DNA of 64,000 nucleotides from Verrucomicrobiia bacterium. Lineage in GTDB: Bacteria; Verrucomicrobiota; Verrucomicrobiia; Limisphaerales; UBA1319. Both the position numbers and the translations under genes were made by a program. The notes under the pieces were generated by a model. The model was not told where the DNA came from. It saw nothing but the letters and a program-made list of their open reading frames with translations, and did not search any database. Shown here in pieces: positions 9,811 to 20,246 of this stretch (positions are counted from its first letter, which is position 1; every line of letters starts with the position of its first letter). The stretch lies in NCBI GenBank assembly GCA_963664225.1, contig OY760937.1, forward strand, positions 2,624,001 through 2,688,000. Direction: 5' to 3'.

Positions 9811-11928
9811 TCATTTGCGCGACAGAGGGGCAATGAGCTGATCGAAATCGCGCCCGCGGGTGGCGGGATCGAAATCCAGCGCCGCCTCTTCAGCAACCAG
9901 CGCGGCCCGTTTTTGCTCCACCCGGCTTCGGAGTCCGGCATCAGGCGCGGCCAGGTATATCGCCACGCGGCTTTGCTTGTCGGTAATTTCGACCGTCCGT
10001 CCGGCAACCTTGTGCTCCACATCGTAAACGCCCTCGGAATCGACGCGGAAGACATCCACGGCATTCAACCAGGAGGGCAGATCGAAGCGAAATGTGGCGT
10101 TGCGCCGATGGAACTCAAAGACCTTTTGGGACACGTTCGGCTCGTAATCCAAATCCAGCGCAAAGAGCAGCGCGCCCTGCGGCGCGACAATCGAGGCCAG
10201 ATCCCAGTCCGGTCGGCCGTCCTTGCGGATTTGCTGATAGGACGCCGCGTCGCCATCGATGTAAAAATCGTCCAGCATGCGGATTTCGCGCCCGATGCGC
10301 GTGATTTCGTCGATGGTATCCCGGTATTTGGCGAGCGCCGGAAGACTTAAATTGAACCAGTAAAGAGAGGTGATGCGGCTGGAGAGGGTGTGGTAGGCCT
10401 GCATCCGAATTTCGTCCGGTGTGGGGGTGGCGCGTTTGCGTCCGCCAATCACCTCCCAATCGGTGTTCGGACCTTGGGACCAGGCGGCGATGGGAGCGGG
10501 GCGGCTCAACTCGCGCAGGCAGCGGGTCAGGTCGCCCAGGGTTTCCAGCGGCGCGCCCCATTCGATCGTTTTGTCAGGCCAGCGCCGGTAGGAACGCAAC
10601 TCGTCCGCAGAGGGGGCGCAAACGCGGTAGGCGTCGAAATTCGGATAGTCCGAGAGCCCGGCATAGTAGCGCCAGGCCGATTCGTCGCTCAAGGTGATGG
10701 TGGTGGTGAACCGCGTTTTGGCATAGGGTTCGAGGGATTGAAACACAGTCTGGGGATATTGCGGAGCTCCGGTGTGGGCGGATTGGGGCTCGCCCAGGAA
10801 TTCGACGGCGTGAACGAAAGGCAGTTGGGCGTCCTTCTCGAACGCAGAGCCAGGATCGAGCTTCCCAAACCGTTTGAGGGGGTAGCGCGCATAGAGACCC
10901 TCCGGGCCGGTCTGGTCCGTATAACCGGGCACGGTGGTTATGTTGGCTGTGTTCACATGCATGCGTTTGAGCAACTTCAAAAAAGGCTCATGCGCCAGGG
11001 GATTCACCCCTGCGGGCGCGTTTTGCACCCATCCCCCGCCAATATCAAAGCTCTCCCGCTTGATTCGCAGGCTGCTCCAAAGTGTGAAGCGGCGGCCCCG
11101 CGGATCGGCCATCGTGATTTGCAGTGCGGCAGGGGTCAACGGCAGACGCCCGGTTTTCACACGAATGATCCCCTTTTCACCAGCAGGAATCACACCATTG
11201 GCCGGCCAGGTGCTGATTTGAGAAAAGGGCGGCTGCGGCCATAAAACGTGGCTTTGGGTGTTGGTTTTGGGCCAGTAAAGGCGACCACTGACCAGGCTTA
11301 CGGGTATGGCGGACTGGTTGCTCACATGACATAAGACGGTGTCCGGCAGGCTGTTTTGGTCCGAACTGGTAAAGACGACCGAGGAGAGCCAGACGCCTTG
11401 CGGGGCCATGCTGACCGGCATTTCCGCACGACCCAGCCGCTGCCAGTCCGTGATCGTCAGCGGGAATTGCCGCCCCACGCCCCATTGGGAGGATTTGGTG
11501 TTGAACGACCACACCGTGAGGGCGCCGGGAGGGAGGTTCAACTCCTCCTCCGGCCAGGAGTTGGGTGTGTCGTGCCAGGCCCAGTCACCCTCCAGAATCA
11601 TCCGCTGCGGTTCGCGACCGTCGAAAAGCACCGCGTTGAAGGTTGCGACGCCATTGGTTCCAGAATCGGCCGGGGCGGTATTGCGCAAAAACAGTTCCAC
11701 GCGCGCGCCCATTTCGGTGGATGGGGCGTTCTCGTATTGCAAACTCGACGCGCGGACATGCGGGGTGACGATGACGCCCGAGAGCTCCAAGGGCATCGGA
11801 CGCCCGTTGCCCGCGCCGGATGGAATGGTGTCGTCTGCCAGACCCAAGGCAGAGTACGCCAGGGCGATGGCTAAAACGGCGATGCTTTTCATGGGAAAAA
11901 TCCTGCCGAATTTATTCGAGCGTGGCAA
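9811..11928 (-). CDS. Secreted hypothetical protein; C-terminal half possibly a glycoside-hydrolase-like barrel (start may be 11892)
   Basis: 705-aa ORF with signal peptide MKSIAVLAIALAYSALGLA; co-oriented with the giant protein gene and ending 56 bp before it. Confidence 0.7.
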   Translation of the reverse strand: MPRSNKFGRIFPMKSIAVLAIALAYSALGLADDTIPSGAGNGRPMPLELSGVIVTPHVRASSLQYENAPSTEMGARVELFLRNTAPADSGTNGVATFNAVLFDGREPQRMILEGDWAWHDTPNSWPEEELNLPPGALTVWSFNTKSSQWGVGRQFPLTITDWQRLGRAEMPVSMAPQGVWLSSVVFTSSDQNSLPDTVLCHVSNQSAIPVSLVSGRLYWPKTNTQSHVLWPQPPFSQISTWPANGVIPAGEKGIIRVKTGRLPLTPAALQITMADPRGRRFTLWSSLRIKRESFDIGGGWVQNAPAGVNPLAHEPFLKLLKRMHVNTANITTVPGYTDQTGPEGLYARYPLKRFGKLDPGSAFEKDAQLPFVHAVEFLGEPQSAHTGAPQYPQTVFQSLEPYAKTRFTTTITLSDESAWRYYAGLSDYPNFDAYRVCAPSADELRSYRRWPDKTIEWGAPLETLGDLTRCLRELSRPAPIAAWSQGPNTDWEVIGGRKRATPTPDEIRMQAYHTLSSRITSLYWFNLSLPALAKYRDTIDEITRIGREIRMLDDFYIDGDAASYQQIRKDGRPDWDLASIVAPQGALLFALDLDYEPNVSQKVFEFHRRNATFRFDLPSWLNAVDVFRVDSEGVYDVEHKVAGRTVEITDKQSRVAIYLAAPDAGLRSRVEQKRAALVAEEAALDFDPATRGRDFDQLIAPLSRK

Positions 11929-12058
11929 TCCGCAATCCGCGGTCCAATCGGAGATCCTTGATTTACCGGGATTTTGGACATTCCATCGATTGGAAAGGCC
12001 TCGACAACATTCCAGGAAATATCAATATCTCAAACCAACACTTTACCAGATCGTCAAC

Positions 12059-13663
12059 ATGAACATGAATCGCCGCCTTTTCATTCAACGCATCGGGCTG
12101 GGAACCGCCGCTTTCGGCGCCGCCGGGTTAATACCCGCCAACGCCTGGGCTGCGCTCGATCGTTCCAAGCCATTGCGCCGGAGCGAACCCGAGGCTCAGG
12201 GCGTGGCATCGGGCGGGATTCTGGATTTCGTCAATGCGGCCGAGTCCGCCAAAGTAAATCTGCACAGCTACATGGTTGTGCGCCATGGAAACGTGGTGGC
12301 GGGGGGTTGGTGGGCGCCCTACTCGCCTGAAAGCAAGCACACGCTTTATTCGCTGAGCAAAAGCTTTACTTCCACAGCGGTCGGCCTGGCTGTGGCGGAG
12401 GGACGGTTGCGGCTCGATGACAAGGTCATTTCGTTTTTCCCGGACGATGTTCCGGCGGTGGTCAGCCCCAATCTGGCGGCCATGCGCGTGAAGGATCTCC
12501 TGATGATGGGCTCAGGCCATGCAGAATGCGCCCTGCTCAACGCCCATGTTTCCATTGATTCCAGGAATTGGGTCAAAGCCGTGCTGGCCCAACCGGTGGT
12601 TTACCCTCCGGGAACCCATTTCGTTTACAATAACGGAGCCACCTTCCTGTTATCGGCGATCGTTCAGAAGGTCACCGGGCAAACGGTTTTGGATTTCCTG
12701 ACGCCCCGGTTATTCTGGCCGTTGGGGATCGAAGGCGCCGATTGGGAAGTCAACCCGGCGGGGATCAATAACGGCGCGTGGGGCCTGCGGGTCCGAACGG
12801 AGGACATCGCCAAACTGGGTCAGCTCTACCTTCAAAAAGGAATCTGGAATGGCAAACAAATCCTGCCGGAAAGCTGGGTTGATGCGGCCACCAGCAAGCA
12901 GATTGAGAATTCGGCGCCCGGGGACACATCGGCGCGGGAGAATAGCGAGTGGGCCCAGGGCTACTGCTACCAATTCTGGCGCTGCCGCCACGACGCCTTC
13001 CGGGGCGATGGCGCGTATGGGCAATTCTGCATCGTCCTGCCCAAGGAGGACGCAGTCATCGCCATGACCTCGGAAACGAACGATTTGCAGGGGATTCTGA
13101 ACCTGGTGTGGAAGCACCTTTTGCCTGCCATTCAGGGTGTGGGCCTGACCAACGACGGCAAGGCCCTGGCGGCGTTGAAGCGCAAACAGACCTCGTTGAT
13201 GCTGCCGTTTCCGGCTGGGCTACCAACATCGCCGGTTGCCGCGCGGGTCAACCGCAAGACCTTTGCGATTGCGGATAACAGCCTCGCCGTCAAAAACGTC
13301 TCGGTGCGGTTCCGGGGCAGGGAATGCGTCTTCACCCTGCAGGACGATCGTGGCGAACACCATGTGGCGTGCGGATTTGGACGCTGGCTGGAAGGCCGGG
13401 TGGATTTGCCCATCAAAGAGTTGTTCCTTGTCACCACCGATCCTCGAAAAGAAATCAAGGTCGCGGCCAGCGCGGCGTGGAGCGATGATCACACCCTGGT
13501 GATGCTCTGGCGGTTCTACGAAACCGCGCATTACGAACGCGTGACCTGCCGCTTCGATGGCGACGGCCTTAAAGTGGAGTTCACCAGGAGCCTTGCCGTC
13601 CTGGACGCCAACTCGAAGGATCCGCGTCCGGTGCTTGTCGGAAAATTGCAGATGGATAGATAG
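12059..13663 (+). CDS. Tat-exported serine hydrolase (beta-lactamase class C / AmpC-like family)
   Basis: Twin-arginine signal MNMNRRLFIQ...ANAWA; SxxK (YSLSKS), YxN (FVYNNG) and RGDGAYGQF motifs. The ORF-track start at 11339 is over-extended. Confidence 0.9.
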   Translation: MNMNRRLFIQRIGLGTAAFGAAGLIPANAWAALDRSKPLRRSEPEAQGVASGGILDFVNAAESAKVNLHSYMVVRHGNVVAGGWWAPYSPESKHTLYSLSKSFTSTAVGLAVAEGRLRLDDKVISFFPDDVPAVVSPNLAAMRVKDLLMMGSGHAECALLNAHVSIDSRNWVKAVLAQPVVYPPGTHFVYNNGATFLLSAIVQKVTGQTVLDFLTPRLFWPLGIEGADWEVNPAGINNGAWGLRVRTEDIAKLGQLYLQKGIWNGKQILPESWVDAATSKQIENSAPGDTSARENSEWAQGYCYQFWRCRHDAFRGDGAYGQFCIVLPKEDAVIAMTSETNDLQGILNLVWKHLLPAIQGVGLTNDGKALAALKRKQTSLMLPFPAGLPTSPVAARVNRKTFAIADNSLAVKNVSVRFRGRECVFTLQDDRGEHHVACGFGRWLEGRVDLPIKELFLVTTDPRKEIKVAASAAWSDDHTLVMLWRFYETAHYERVTCRFDGDGLKVEFTRSLAVLDANSKDPRPVLVGKLQMDR

Positions 13664-13900
13664 GATGGATGAGGGAGGCAATGGATAATGGACAACGGCA
13701 GAAGTAGAAGGGGAACAATTTAACATGGATAAGCAGGGGGAAATCCGCTGTGGAATGCAATAAATGACCGTAGAGGCATGGAGTAAGCGCGTTCCTGTGA
13801 TTTGTTGGTTTAACCAGCTGCCGGGAATCAAGGCCCCCCCAATTGGCCAGGAAGGTTGATGGAAACCCATTCAACAAAGGGGTTTGGAAACGGTGAAAGA

Positions 13901-13975
13901 TGGAGCCAATGGAGGGAATTGAACCCCCGACCCACGCTTTACGAAAGCGTTGCTCTACCCCTGAGCTACATTGGC
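13901..13975 (-). tRNA. tRNA-Thr (anticodon CGT)
   Basis: Reverse complement GCCAATGTAGCTCAGGGGTAGAGCAACGCTTTCGTAAAGCGTGGGTCGGGGGTTCAATTCCCTCCATTGGCTCCA forms a cloverleaf with anticodon stem ACGCT/AGCGT, loop TTCGTAA and an encoded CCA. Confidence 0.97.
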
Positions 13976-14140
13976 ACAAGTGAGGCAATGAGGGGAACGC
14001 CCCGCATTGTTACCCGTTATTTAATGAATCGCGGAACCCATTGCAAATAAAAACCGCCAAAATGTCAGGGCGCGTTGAGCGGCTCGGTTTTATGACGGCA
14101 CTCCGGAGAGTTGGCGCAGTAGCGAATCCGGGCGCGACGG

Positions 14141-15127
14141 TTATTTTTTGGGAGGCAGCGGCTGAATCGGGACGGGCACGGGGATCATGGGGGCGATTTG
14201 CGCGGGCTGGGTCATGGCAAATCCCTTGGACAGCAACGCCGCGGCTTTGGCGTCACGCACTTTGCGATCTCCGCTGCCCATGACGATGGCGATGACCCGC
14301 TGGCCGGGGCGCGCGGCGGTGGCGGCGATGGAGTAACCCGCCTTGGTGAAGTAGCCGGTCTTGAATCCATCGCATCCGGTGACTTCGGTCAGAAGGTGGT
14401 TGTGGTTGCGCATGACGACGGTTTTATCTCCCGCGTTGGGACGGAAGGGGCGGGTGAGTGTGGAGGTGTAGCGCAGGACGTCGGGATGCCGGAGCAATTC
14501 GAGGCAGAGAATGGCAAAATCGCGCGGTGTGGAGACATCGGGCTGCTGACCAACACTGGGGGGCAGGCCGTGAACGGACTGAAAGAGGGTGTGGGTCATT
14601 CCCAATGCCTGGGCGCGCTGGTTCATCAAGGCCACGAAGGCCTCGGTGCTGCCGGCGGCTTTTTCAGCGAGAGCCACGGCGGCGTCGTTTGCGGATTGGA
14701 TCATCAAGGCGTAGAGGAGTTCGTCCACGGTGAAGACTTCCTTATCCGCGAGCCAGACCTGGGAGCCGCCCGTCTTGGAGGCTTTGGGGCTGACGACGAC
14801 CTGGTCCTGGAGGGAAAGCTGCTTTTGCTCGATTTTTTCAATCAAGATGAGCACGTCCATGAGTTTCAGAACGCTGGCGGGATAGGCCTGGGCGTCGGCG
14901 TGATCCTCGAACAGGACACGGCGGCCGATGGCATCGACCAGGATCGCGCCCACGTAGGGATCCTTGGCAATGCCGGGTCGAGTGACGGGCGCGGCAGCCT
15001 TGGTTGTTTTGGCCGTTTTGCTTGTTTTGGCTTTGGTGGTCGCAGTGGCGGCCTGGGTTGTCGGCACCAGGTTGGCAAGGATGGCGGCCAGGGAAAGGGT
15101 CAGGGCCAGGGAAAGGATCGATTTCAT
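14141..15127 (-). CDS. D-alanyl-D-alanine carboxypeptidase (peptidase S11, PBP5/6-like)
   Basis: Signal peptide; PASVLK (SxxK), SANDA (SxN), HGL and GFKTGY (KTG) motifs. Confidence 0.93.
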   Translation of the reverse strand: MKSILSLALTLSLAAILANLVPTTQAATATTKAKTSKTAKTTKAAAPVTRPGIAKDPYVGAILVDAIGRRVLFEDHADAQAYPASVLKLMDVLILIEKIEQKQLSLQDQVVVSPKASKTGGSQVWLADKEVFTVDELLYALMIQSANDAAVALAEKAAGSTEAFVALMNQRAQALGMTHTLFQSVHGLPPSVGQQPDVSTPRDFAILCLELLRHPDVLRYTSTLTRPFRPNAGDKTVVMRNHNHLLTEVTGCDGFKTGYFTKAGYSIAATAARPGQRVIAIVMGSGDRKVRDAKAAALLSKGFAMTQPAQIAPMIPVPVPIQPLPPKK

Positions 15128-15155
15128 GCAGCAGGTTACCCGATAAGAGATTTGT

Positions 15156-15584
15156 TTACAAGCCGAGCACTTCCTCCTGGCTGAGCAGGTGGAGATTATT
15201 TTGCTGGAGGACGACGCGCGCGCCGGGGATGTCCCTGACTTCGATGACGAGGACGGCGCGTTTGTTGGAGACGAAGCCGGAGGAATTCTCGACGTTGATT
15301 TTGTTGCGGGCCAGAACGTCGGCGACATGGTGCAAACCGCCCGGGGTGTCGGCCACCTCGATGGCGAGGACATCGATGAGCGAAACGGTGAAGCCTTTTT
15401 GTTTCAGGGTTTCGCAGGCCTTGTCGCACTGGTCCACGAGGAACTTGGTAACGCCAAAGGTGTCTGAATTGGCAATGGTCACCCAGCGGATGTTCACGCC
15501 GGCCTCGGCGATGACCTGGGTCATGGCCGCCAACCGGCCGCATTTATTTTCCGCGAAAACCGCCACGAGTTTGGCCGCGCTCAT
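15156..15584 (-). CDS. Tandem ACT-domain protein (PaaK-associated)
   Basis: VFAENKCGRLA...GVNIR and DTPGGLHHVADVLARNKINVE are two ACT repeats; this is the usual neighbour of phenylacetate-CoA ligase. Confidence 0.9.
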   Translation of the reverse strand: MSAAKLVAVFAENKCGRLAAMTQVIAEAGVNIRWVTIANSDTFGVTKFLVDQCDKACETLKQKGFTVSLIDVLAIEVADTPGGLHHVADVLARNKINVENSSGFVSNKRAVLVIEVRDIPGARVVLQQNNLHLLSQEEVLGL

Positions 15585-15615
15585 AATATTTAATCGGGGT
15601 TGATGGTGATTCGGG

Positions 15616-16908
15616 CTAGAGAATGCGCTGGTCGATGACCCGTTTGGCCTTGCCTTCACTGACGGGCAGGGAACCCGGGGCGACAAGTTCGACCCTGGGC
15701 CGGACCATGATTTCGGCGCGCAGTTTTTCAATGATGTGATTTTGCAGGCTGACCAGATGATCCACCTGACCGTCGAAATTCTCTGCGGAAAACTCGACCT
15801 GGATGATCATTTCGTCGAGGCCTTCCAGGCGGATGAGCCAGTTGCGGCCGACCTGGGGAAAACTCATGAGGACGCGCTCGATCTGCTGCGGATAGACGTT
15901 GGAGCCGCGCACGATGAGCATGTCGTCCGAGCGACCCATGATGCGGTTGATGCGGCGGTGGGTGCGTCCGCAACCGCAGGGTTCGGCAATGATGGAGGTG
16001 ATGTCGCGGGTGCGGTAGCGCAGGATGGGCATGGCCTCGCGGCACAGGGAAGTAAGGACCATTTCGCCCGTGGCGCCATCGGGCAGGATTTCGCCTGTGG
16101 CCGGATCGATGATTTCGAGCAGGTAATTATCCTCCCAGATATGGAGACCGTGGCGCTCCGTGCATTCGAAGCCGACGCCCGGGCCGTTCATTTCGGACAG
16201 ACCGTAGCAATTGAAGACGAGCACGCCGTAGGCATCCTCGATCTTGCGGCGCGTCTCTTCGGTGTACGGCTCGGCACCCACGAAAGCGCGCTTCAATTTG
16301 AGGTCCTTTCGAGCGTCGATGCCCTTTTTCTGGAGAAAATCGGCGTAATAGAGGGCATAACTGGCCGTCACGTGCATTGCCGTGGTGCCAAAATCCTGCA
16401 TCAATAACAATTGTTTCTCGGAATTGCCCCCGCCGGAGGGAATGACCATGGCGCCCACCTTTTCGGCTCCGTATTGCATCATCAGCGCGCCGGTGAACAA
16501 GCCGTAGGTCATCATGTTCTGGAGCACGTCCTGGGAGGTCATGCCGGACATGACGAGGCAGCGGGCGACCAATTCGGCGGCCTGGTCGATATCCTTGCGC
16601 GAGAAGAAGAGGGCCTTGGGCTTGCCGGTGGTTCCGCTGGAAGTGTGCAGACGGACGATCTGGTTTTTGGGATCGATGACCAGCCCATTGGGATAGCTGT
16701 CCCGGAGGTCCGCGCCGGTGGTGAAGGGCAGTCGCCGGACATCGGCCAGAGACTGAATGTGGCCGGGCTTCACGCCCGCTTCGGCGAACTTCTTTTGGTA
16801 AAACGGCACGTGACGCGCCATGCGCCGCACAGTGCCCTGTAATCGCTTCAACTGCAGGGCCTCGAGTTCCGGCCGAGCCAGTGTTTCTATTTTTTCATCC
16901 CAAAACAT
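15616..16908 (-). CDS. paaK: Phenylacetate-CoA ligase family protein
   Basis: HTSSGTTGKP, YGLFTG, YGLSE, RYRTRD, GRSDDMLIVRG and EGKAKRVID motifs; 430 aa. Confidence 0.92.
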   Translation of the reverse strand: MFWDEKIETLARPELEALQLKRLQGTVRRMARHVPFYQKKFAEAGVKPGHIQSLADVRRLPFTTGADLRDSYPNGLVIDPKNQIVRLHTSSGTTGKPKALFFSRKDIDQAAELVARCLVMSGMTSQDVLQNMMTYGLFTGALMMQYGAEKVGAMVIPSGGGNSEKQLLLMQDFGTTAMHVTASYALYYADFLQKKGIDARKDLKLKRAFVGAEPYTEETRRKIEDAYGVLVFNCYGLSEMNGPGVGFECTERHGLHIWEDNYLLEIIDPATGEILPDGATGEMVLTSLCREAMPILRYRTRDITSIIAEPCGCGRTHRRINRIMGRSDDMLIVRGSNVYPQQIERVLMSFPQVGRNWLIRLEGLDEMIIQVEFSAENFDGQVDHLVSLQNHIIEKLRAEIMVRPRVELVAPGSLPVSEGKAKRVIDQRIL

Positions 16909-17142
16909 GAGGCATCCTTATAAAATTAACCGCCGCCGACGGCCATTCGGCCCTGATCAGCGGCACACCACGTAAAGAATCCAAATTTGACGGAATCAGA
17001 ATAGTCCCATTTTGGCCACAGCCAGGCCTTGAGTAGCAAGAGAAATCGTGTCTGGCGGGGAATGCGCGGGTTGACTTTGAAGGGCGCGAATCCCGCGGAT
17101 TCATTCGAAAGGAAGAAGAATCAGGCCGCGGTCACGGCCCCG

Positions 17143-17955
17143 TCAGTATTTTTCGTCGGCCGATTCAAGCACCTGCAGGATGCGGTTAAAGGCATCATAC
17201 AGGTCGGCGTTGTTCTGCAGGTCCATGGTGAACCGGCGGTCCTGATTGGATAAGGAAGAAACGTGGCCATCGGTAAACAGGGCGTTGGCAAATTTTTGCT
17301 TGTGATGGGTGCGGGGCTTGATGTTGTAGGCGGCCACGGCGGGGGCACAGAGAAACTGCGAGTCGATGGCCAGGGCGCGAATGGGCTTGCCGTTGCGATT
17401 GTTGCCGGGGTTGTCCAGGCGGATGGACTCGGGTTCGGCGGGGGGTGTGTAAAACAACTGGGTGACACCGCCGTGGCGGTAATAATAACTGCACTGCACC
17501 TGGCTGGCGCCGATATTCGCGAGCTCGGCGTTCACATCCACATTTTGATCGGCGCCGGGGCAGAAGAGCACTCTGGGGGTTTGTGCCAGGTGCTTTTTTA
17601 GAAGCAAACCCAATCCTGCGGGCGCGCCGCTGCGCAGCGAAAGCAGGCTGGTGGGCGTGCCTGTTGAAGGATAGAAATCGGCCGGATGCGAGAAGGGCGG
17701 CGCCACGGGGCCGTAGGGCATTTTGCCGTCATTATCGCCGGCGTAGCCTTGAATGGCGATGCCGATCTGTCGGAGGTTCGAAATGCAGGCGACTTTCCGA
17801 CCTGAATCCCTGGACCTTGCCAGGGTGGGCAGCAACAGGGAGGCGAGAATGGCGAGGATGGCAATGACGACGAGCAATTCAATGAGCGTGAAGGCACAGT
17901 GCGCGGCGGATGGCGCTTGTGTCACGTTGCGTTCCTGTGCTTTCACTGATTCCAC
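17143..17955 (-). CDS. Prepilin-type N-terminal cleavage/methylation protein with H-X9-DG-like C-terminal domain
   Basis: [50 protein letters not shown]. Confidence 0.9.
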   Translation of the reverse strand: MESVKAQERNVTQAPSAAHCAFTLIELLVVIAILAILASLLLPTLARSRDSGRKVACISNLRQIGIAIQGYAGDNDGKMPYGPVAPPFSHPADFYPSTGTPTSLLSLRSGAPAGLGLLLKKHLAQTPRVLFCPGADQNVDVNAELANIGASQVQCSYYYRHGGVTQLFYTPPAEPESIRLDNPGNNRNGKPIRALAIDSQFLCAPAVAAYNIKPRTHHKQKFANALFTDGHVSSLSNQDRRFTMDLQNNADLYDAFNRILQVLESADEKY

Positions 17956-17962
17956 TCAACAC

Positions 17963-18930
17963 TCAAGGAGCCTGCCGAGCCTGGTAAAACCGGTTGCCAG
18001 CGGCTGTGTTCGTGTCGGTGAACGAGACGCTGCCGGTCAAATTGGTGATCGTTTCCAGGCTTGTCCAATTGGCCGACGGAAGCGCGCTATTGGTGCAGGC
18101 CAGAATCTCCCATCGCCCGGGCTCGCTTTCGAGAGTGAATCGAAACTGGCCGTTGGTCACGCCCCAGGCCGTCAAGACGGGAGCGGGCACGGTTTCCAAC
18201 CGGACGTTATCCAGGTCCCAATAGCCGCCATTGAGATCGAAACCCACTGTGGAGGCCAGTTCAATGCCGATGTTCTGACCGGCCCACGCGTCGCCCGTCC
18301 GAACGAAGGGAGTCCGGGCTTGAAAATCGACAAAATGAGTGTTGTTGGGAAAGAGCTCCGCAGTGTTTGTGATCGTCGTTGCGGCAACCGTTACTTTGTT
18401 ATTCCCGGCGTCGCGATAATAAAGGCTGATCTGGAGCGGGACACCATTGGACATTCCGCCGCCACCGCCAATGAGTCCGACCTTTAGCGCGTAGGCATTG
18501 CCGACTTCAAAGCGCGCGTTGAATTCGTGCGTTGGAACGGAATTGGTTCCCGAAACCGAGTTGTAATCCTGAAAAATGGAAACGTCCGGCTGCGCAAACA
18601 AAAAGGCCCCCTGCCTGCCCTCAATGTTGTCGATGTGGGTGGGGCTGCCGTTGGTGGTATTCAGGAACTGACCGAGAAACTGGTCCCACGGAAACCCGCC
18701 GCCACCCATATACCACGCGGGTTCGGGGGCCTTCTGCCATGCGTCCATGGCTGGATCCGCGTAGGACGTTTCCGGGGATTCGAACGATCCATTGGGCACA
18801 ACAACGGTTCCCGCTCGAACGGAACCCGTGACTGCCGCCAGGGCGATGAGCCCGGCCAGAAGGGTGAACAAAGACCGGTTGGAGCCGCGCGCATCGGCGG
18901 CCAGATTGCTTTTGAATTCAGGTGTCTGCA
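17963..18930 (-). CDS. Secreted CBM-like jelly-roll protein with C-terminal sorting-like domain (start uncertain, 18930-19006)
   Basis: Signal peptide ending VRA|G; VPNGSFESP...WDLDNVRL frame typical of CBM4/9-like domains; tail ending SFTDTNTAAGNRFYQARQAP. Confidence 0.8.
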
Positions 18931-19133
18931 TTTTATTGAAATGCCTTAACATAATTGAAGTAATAATATGCACAAACGTGCATATCAGGAGGCGTGGCGT
19001 CAACATTCCCGTTTAAAAGGTTTTGCATTTTCGCATTTTTTCATTGGATGAACGAACTGCTGCCGGTCCGTTGCATTGTGGGGCGGGAGGCTTATGTTGA
19101 GAAAGGAAACCCCGAAACGATAAGGAGTCATTT

Positions 19134-19595
19134 ATGCCGGTCTCCAAATTAAAAGCATTTCTAGACAGCCAGAATGTGAAATACATCCGCATCATCCATT
19201 CGCCGGCCTATACCTCGCAGGAAACGGCGGAGGCGGCCCGGATGCCCGGGAGGGAACTGGCCAAAACCGTGATGGTGAAGCTGGATGGGAGCATGGCCAT
19301 GGCTGTTTTACCCACCAATCGAAAGGTGATTCTGGACGATTTACGCGAAGCGACAGGCGCCGCCGAAGCGAAGTTTGCCACCGAGAAGGAGTTCAAGGAT
19401 CTGTTTCCGGGATGCGAGACGGGGGCGATGCCGCCGTTCGGCAATCTCTACGAAATGGAGGTCTTTGTGTCGCCGAGCCTGTCGGAGGGCGCGGATATTG
19501 CTTTCAACGCCGGAACGCACGCCGAACTGATCAAGCTCTCCTACAAGGATTTCGAGCGGCTGGTGCATCCCACGATCTGCCGCTTTGCGACATGA
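19134..19595 (+). CDS. YbaK/EbsC family aminoacyl-tRNA deacylase
   Basis: HSPAYTSQETA, LAKTV, GAMPPFG, FNAGTH; AAGGAG RBS upstream. Confidence 0.92.
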   Translation: MPVSKLKAFLDSQNVKYIRIIHSPAYTSQETAEAARMPGRELAKTVMVKLDGSMAMAVLPTNRKVILDDLREATGAAEAKFATEKEFKDLFPGCETGAMPPFGNLYEMEVFVSPSLSEGADIAFNAGTHAELIKLSYKDFERLVHPTICRFAT

Positions 19596-19607
19596 TTAAA
19601 GTCAGTG

Positions 19608-19838
19608 TTAATGCGGTCTAACGATGGTTTTAAGCACGGTCATAACCAGCGGCGTGCATCGAGTCTCGTCGTATTCACAGGGCACGATTTGAATTTTCAC
19701 GATTCCATTGTCGCCTGCGCCGTCCATTATTTTCTGAGCCGCATTACAACAATCGATAAAGGATGTGAAATGTTCAAACTGGTTGTTGTCAACACGGCCG
19801 GTAATATTCCGCTCTATGTATGTGTAACCAAATGTCAT
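19608..19838 (-). CDS. Small hypothetical protein (76 aa) in a low-GC patch
   Basis: ATG-started ORF converging on the YbaK gene; no recognisable motif. Confidence 0.35.
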   Translation of the reverse strand: MTFGYTYIERNITGRVDNNQFEHFTSFIDCCNAAQKIMDGAGDNGIVKIQIVPCEYDETRCTPLVMTVLKTIVRPH

Positions 19839-20246
19839 CTTATAAACGTTGGCACACGTTTATCCCCATGCCGCCCTGATAAATGCGTACGCGAATAAAG
19901 CCACAACTCAATCCAACAATGCAATGCGGCCAATATAGTGGGCGGGTTTTTGGAGGACAAGAAGAAATTACACACTATACTGGGTCTTGGGGCGCGACCG
20001 TATTCCGCTGAAGGATTTATGATAAGCGAACAAGGTTCTTTCGAAACGGTCTGTGATTTCAGCCAGGCTGGGACGCGAACCAATCTCCTCCGGACCCCGC
20101 CAATTCCGGCCAAAACAATCGTTTAAACAAACCTGATCCCCCTCCCACTTATATGAATACAATATCTTTGGAATCTTTTCCGGGCAAGAGATATTTACAC
20201 ATTATACTGGGTGGATGGAACAGGCGCTTCATGTTTTTGTACCACT

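Noticed and set aside
11339..12058. N-terminal 240 aa of the 774-aa ORF
   Set aside because: Overlaps the opposite-strand gene; the real protein starts at the Tat signal (12059).
12059..13663. Antibiotic-resistance beta-lactamase
   Set aside because: The motifs fit the broad AmpC-like esterase/amidase family; resistance cannot be inferred from sequence.
13664..13900. Possible island attachment site at the tRNA-Thr 3' end
   Set aside because: No integrase and no duplicated tRNA 3' end seen in the window.
19608..20162. Single pseudogene joining the two same-frame short ORFs
   Set aside because: Three stops separate them and the joined translation resembles nothing recognisable.
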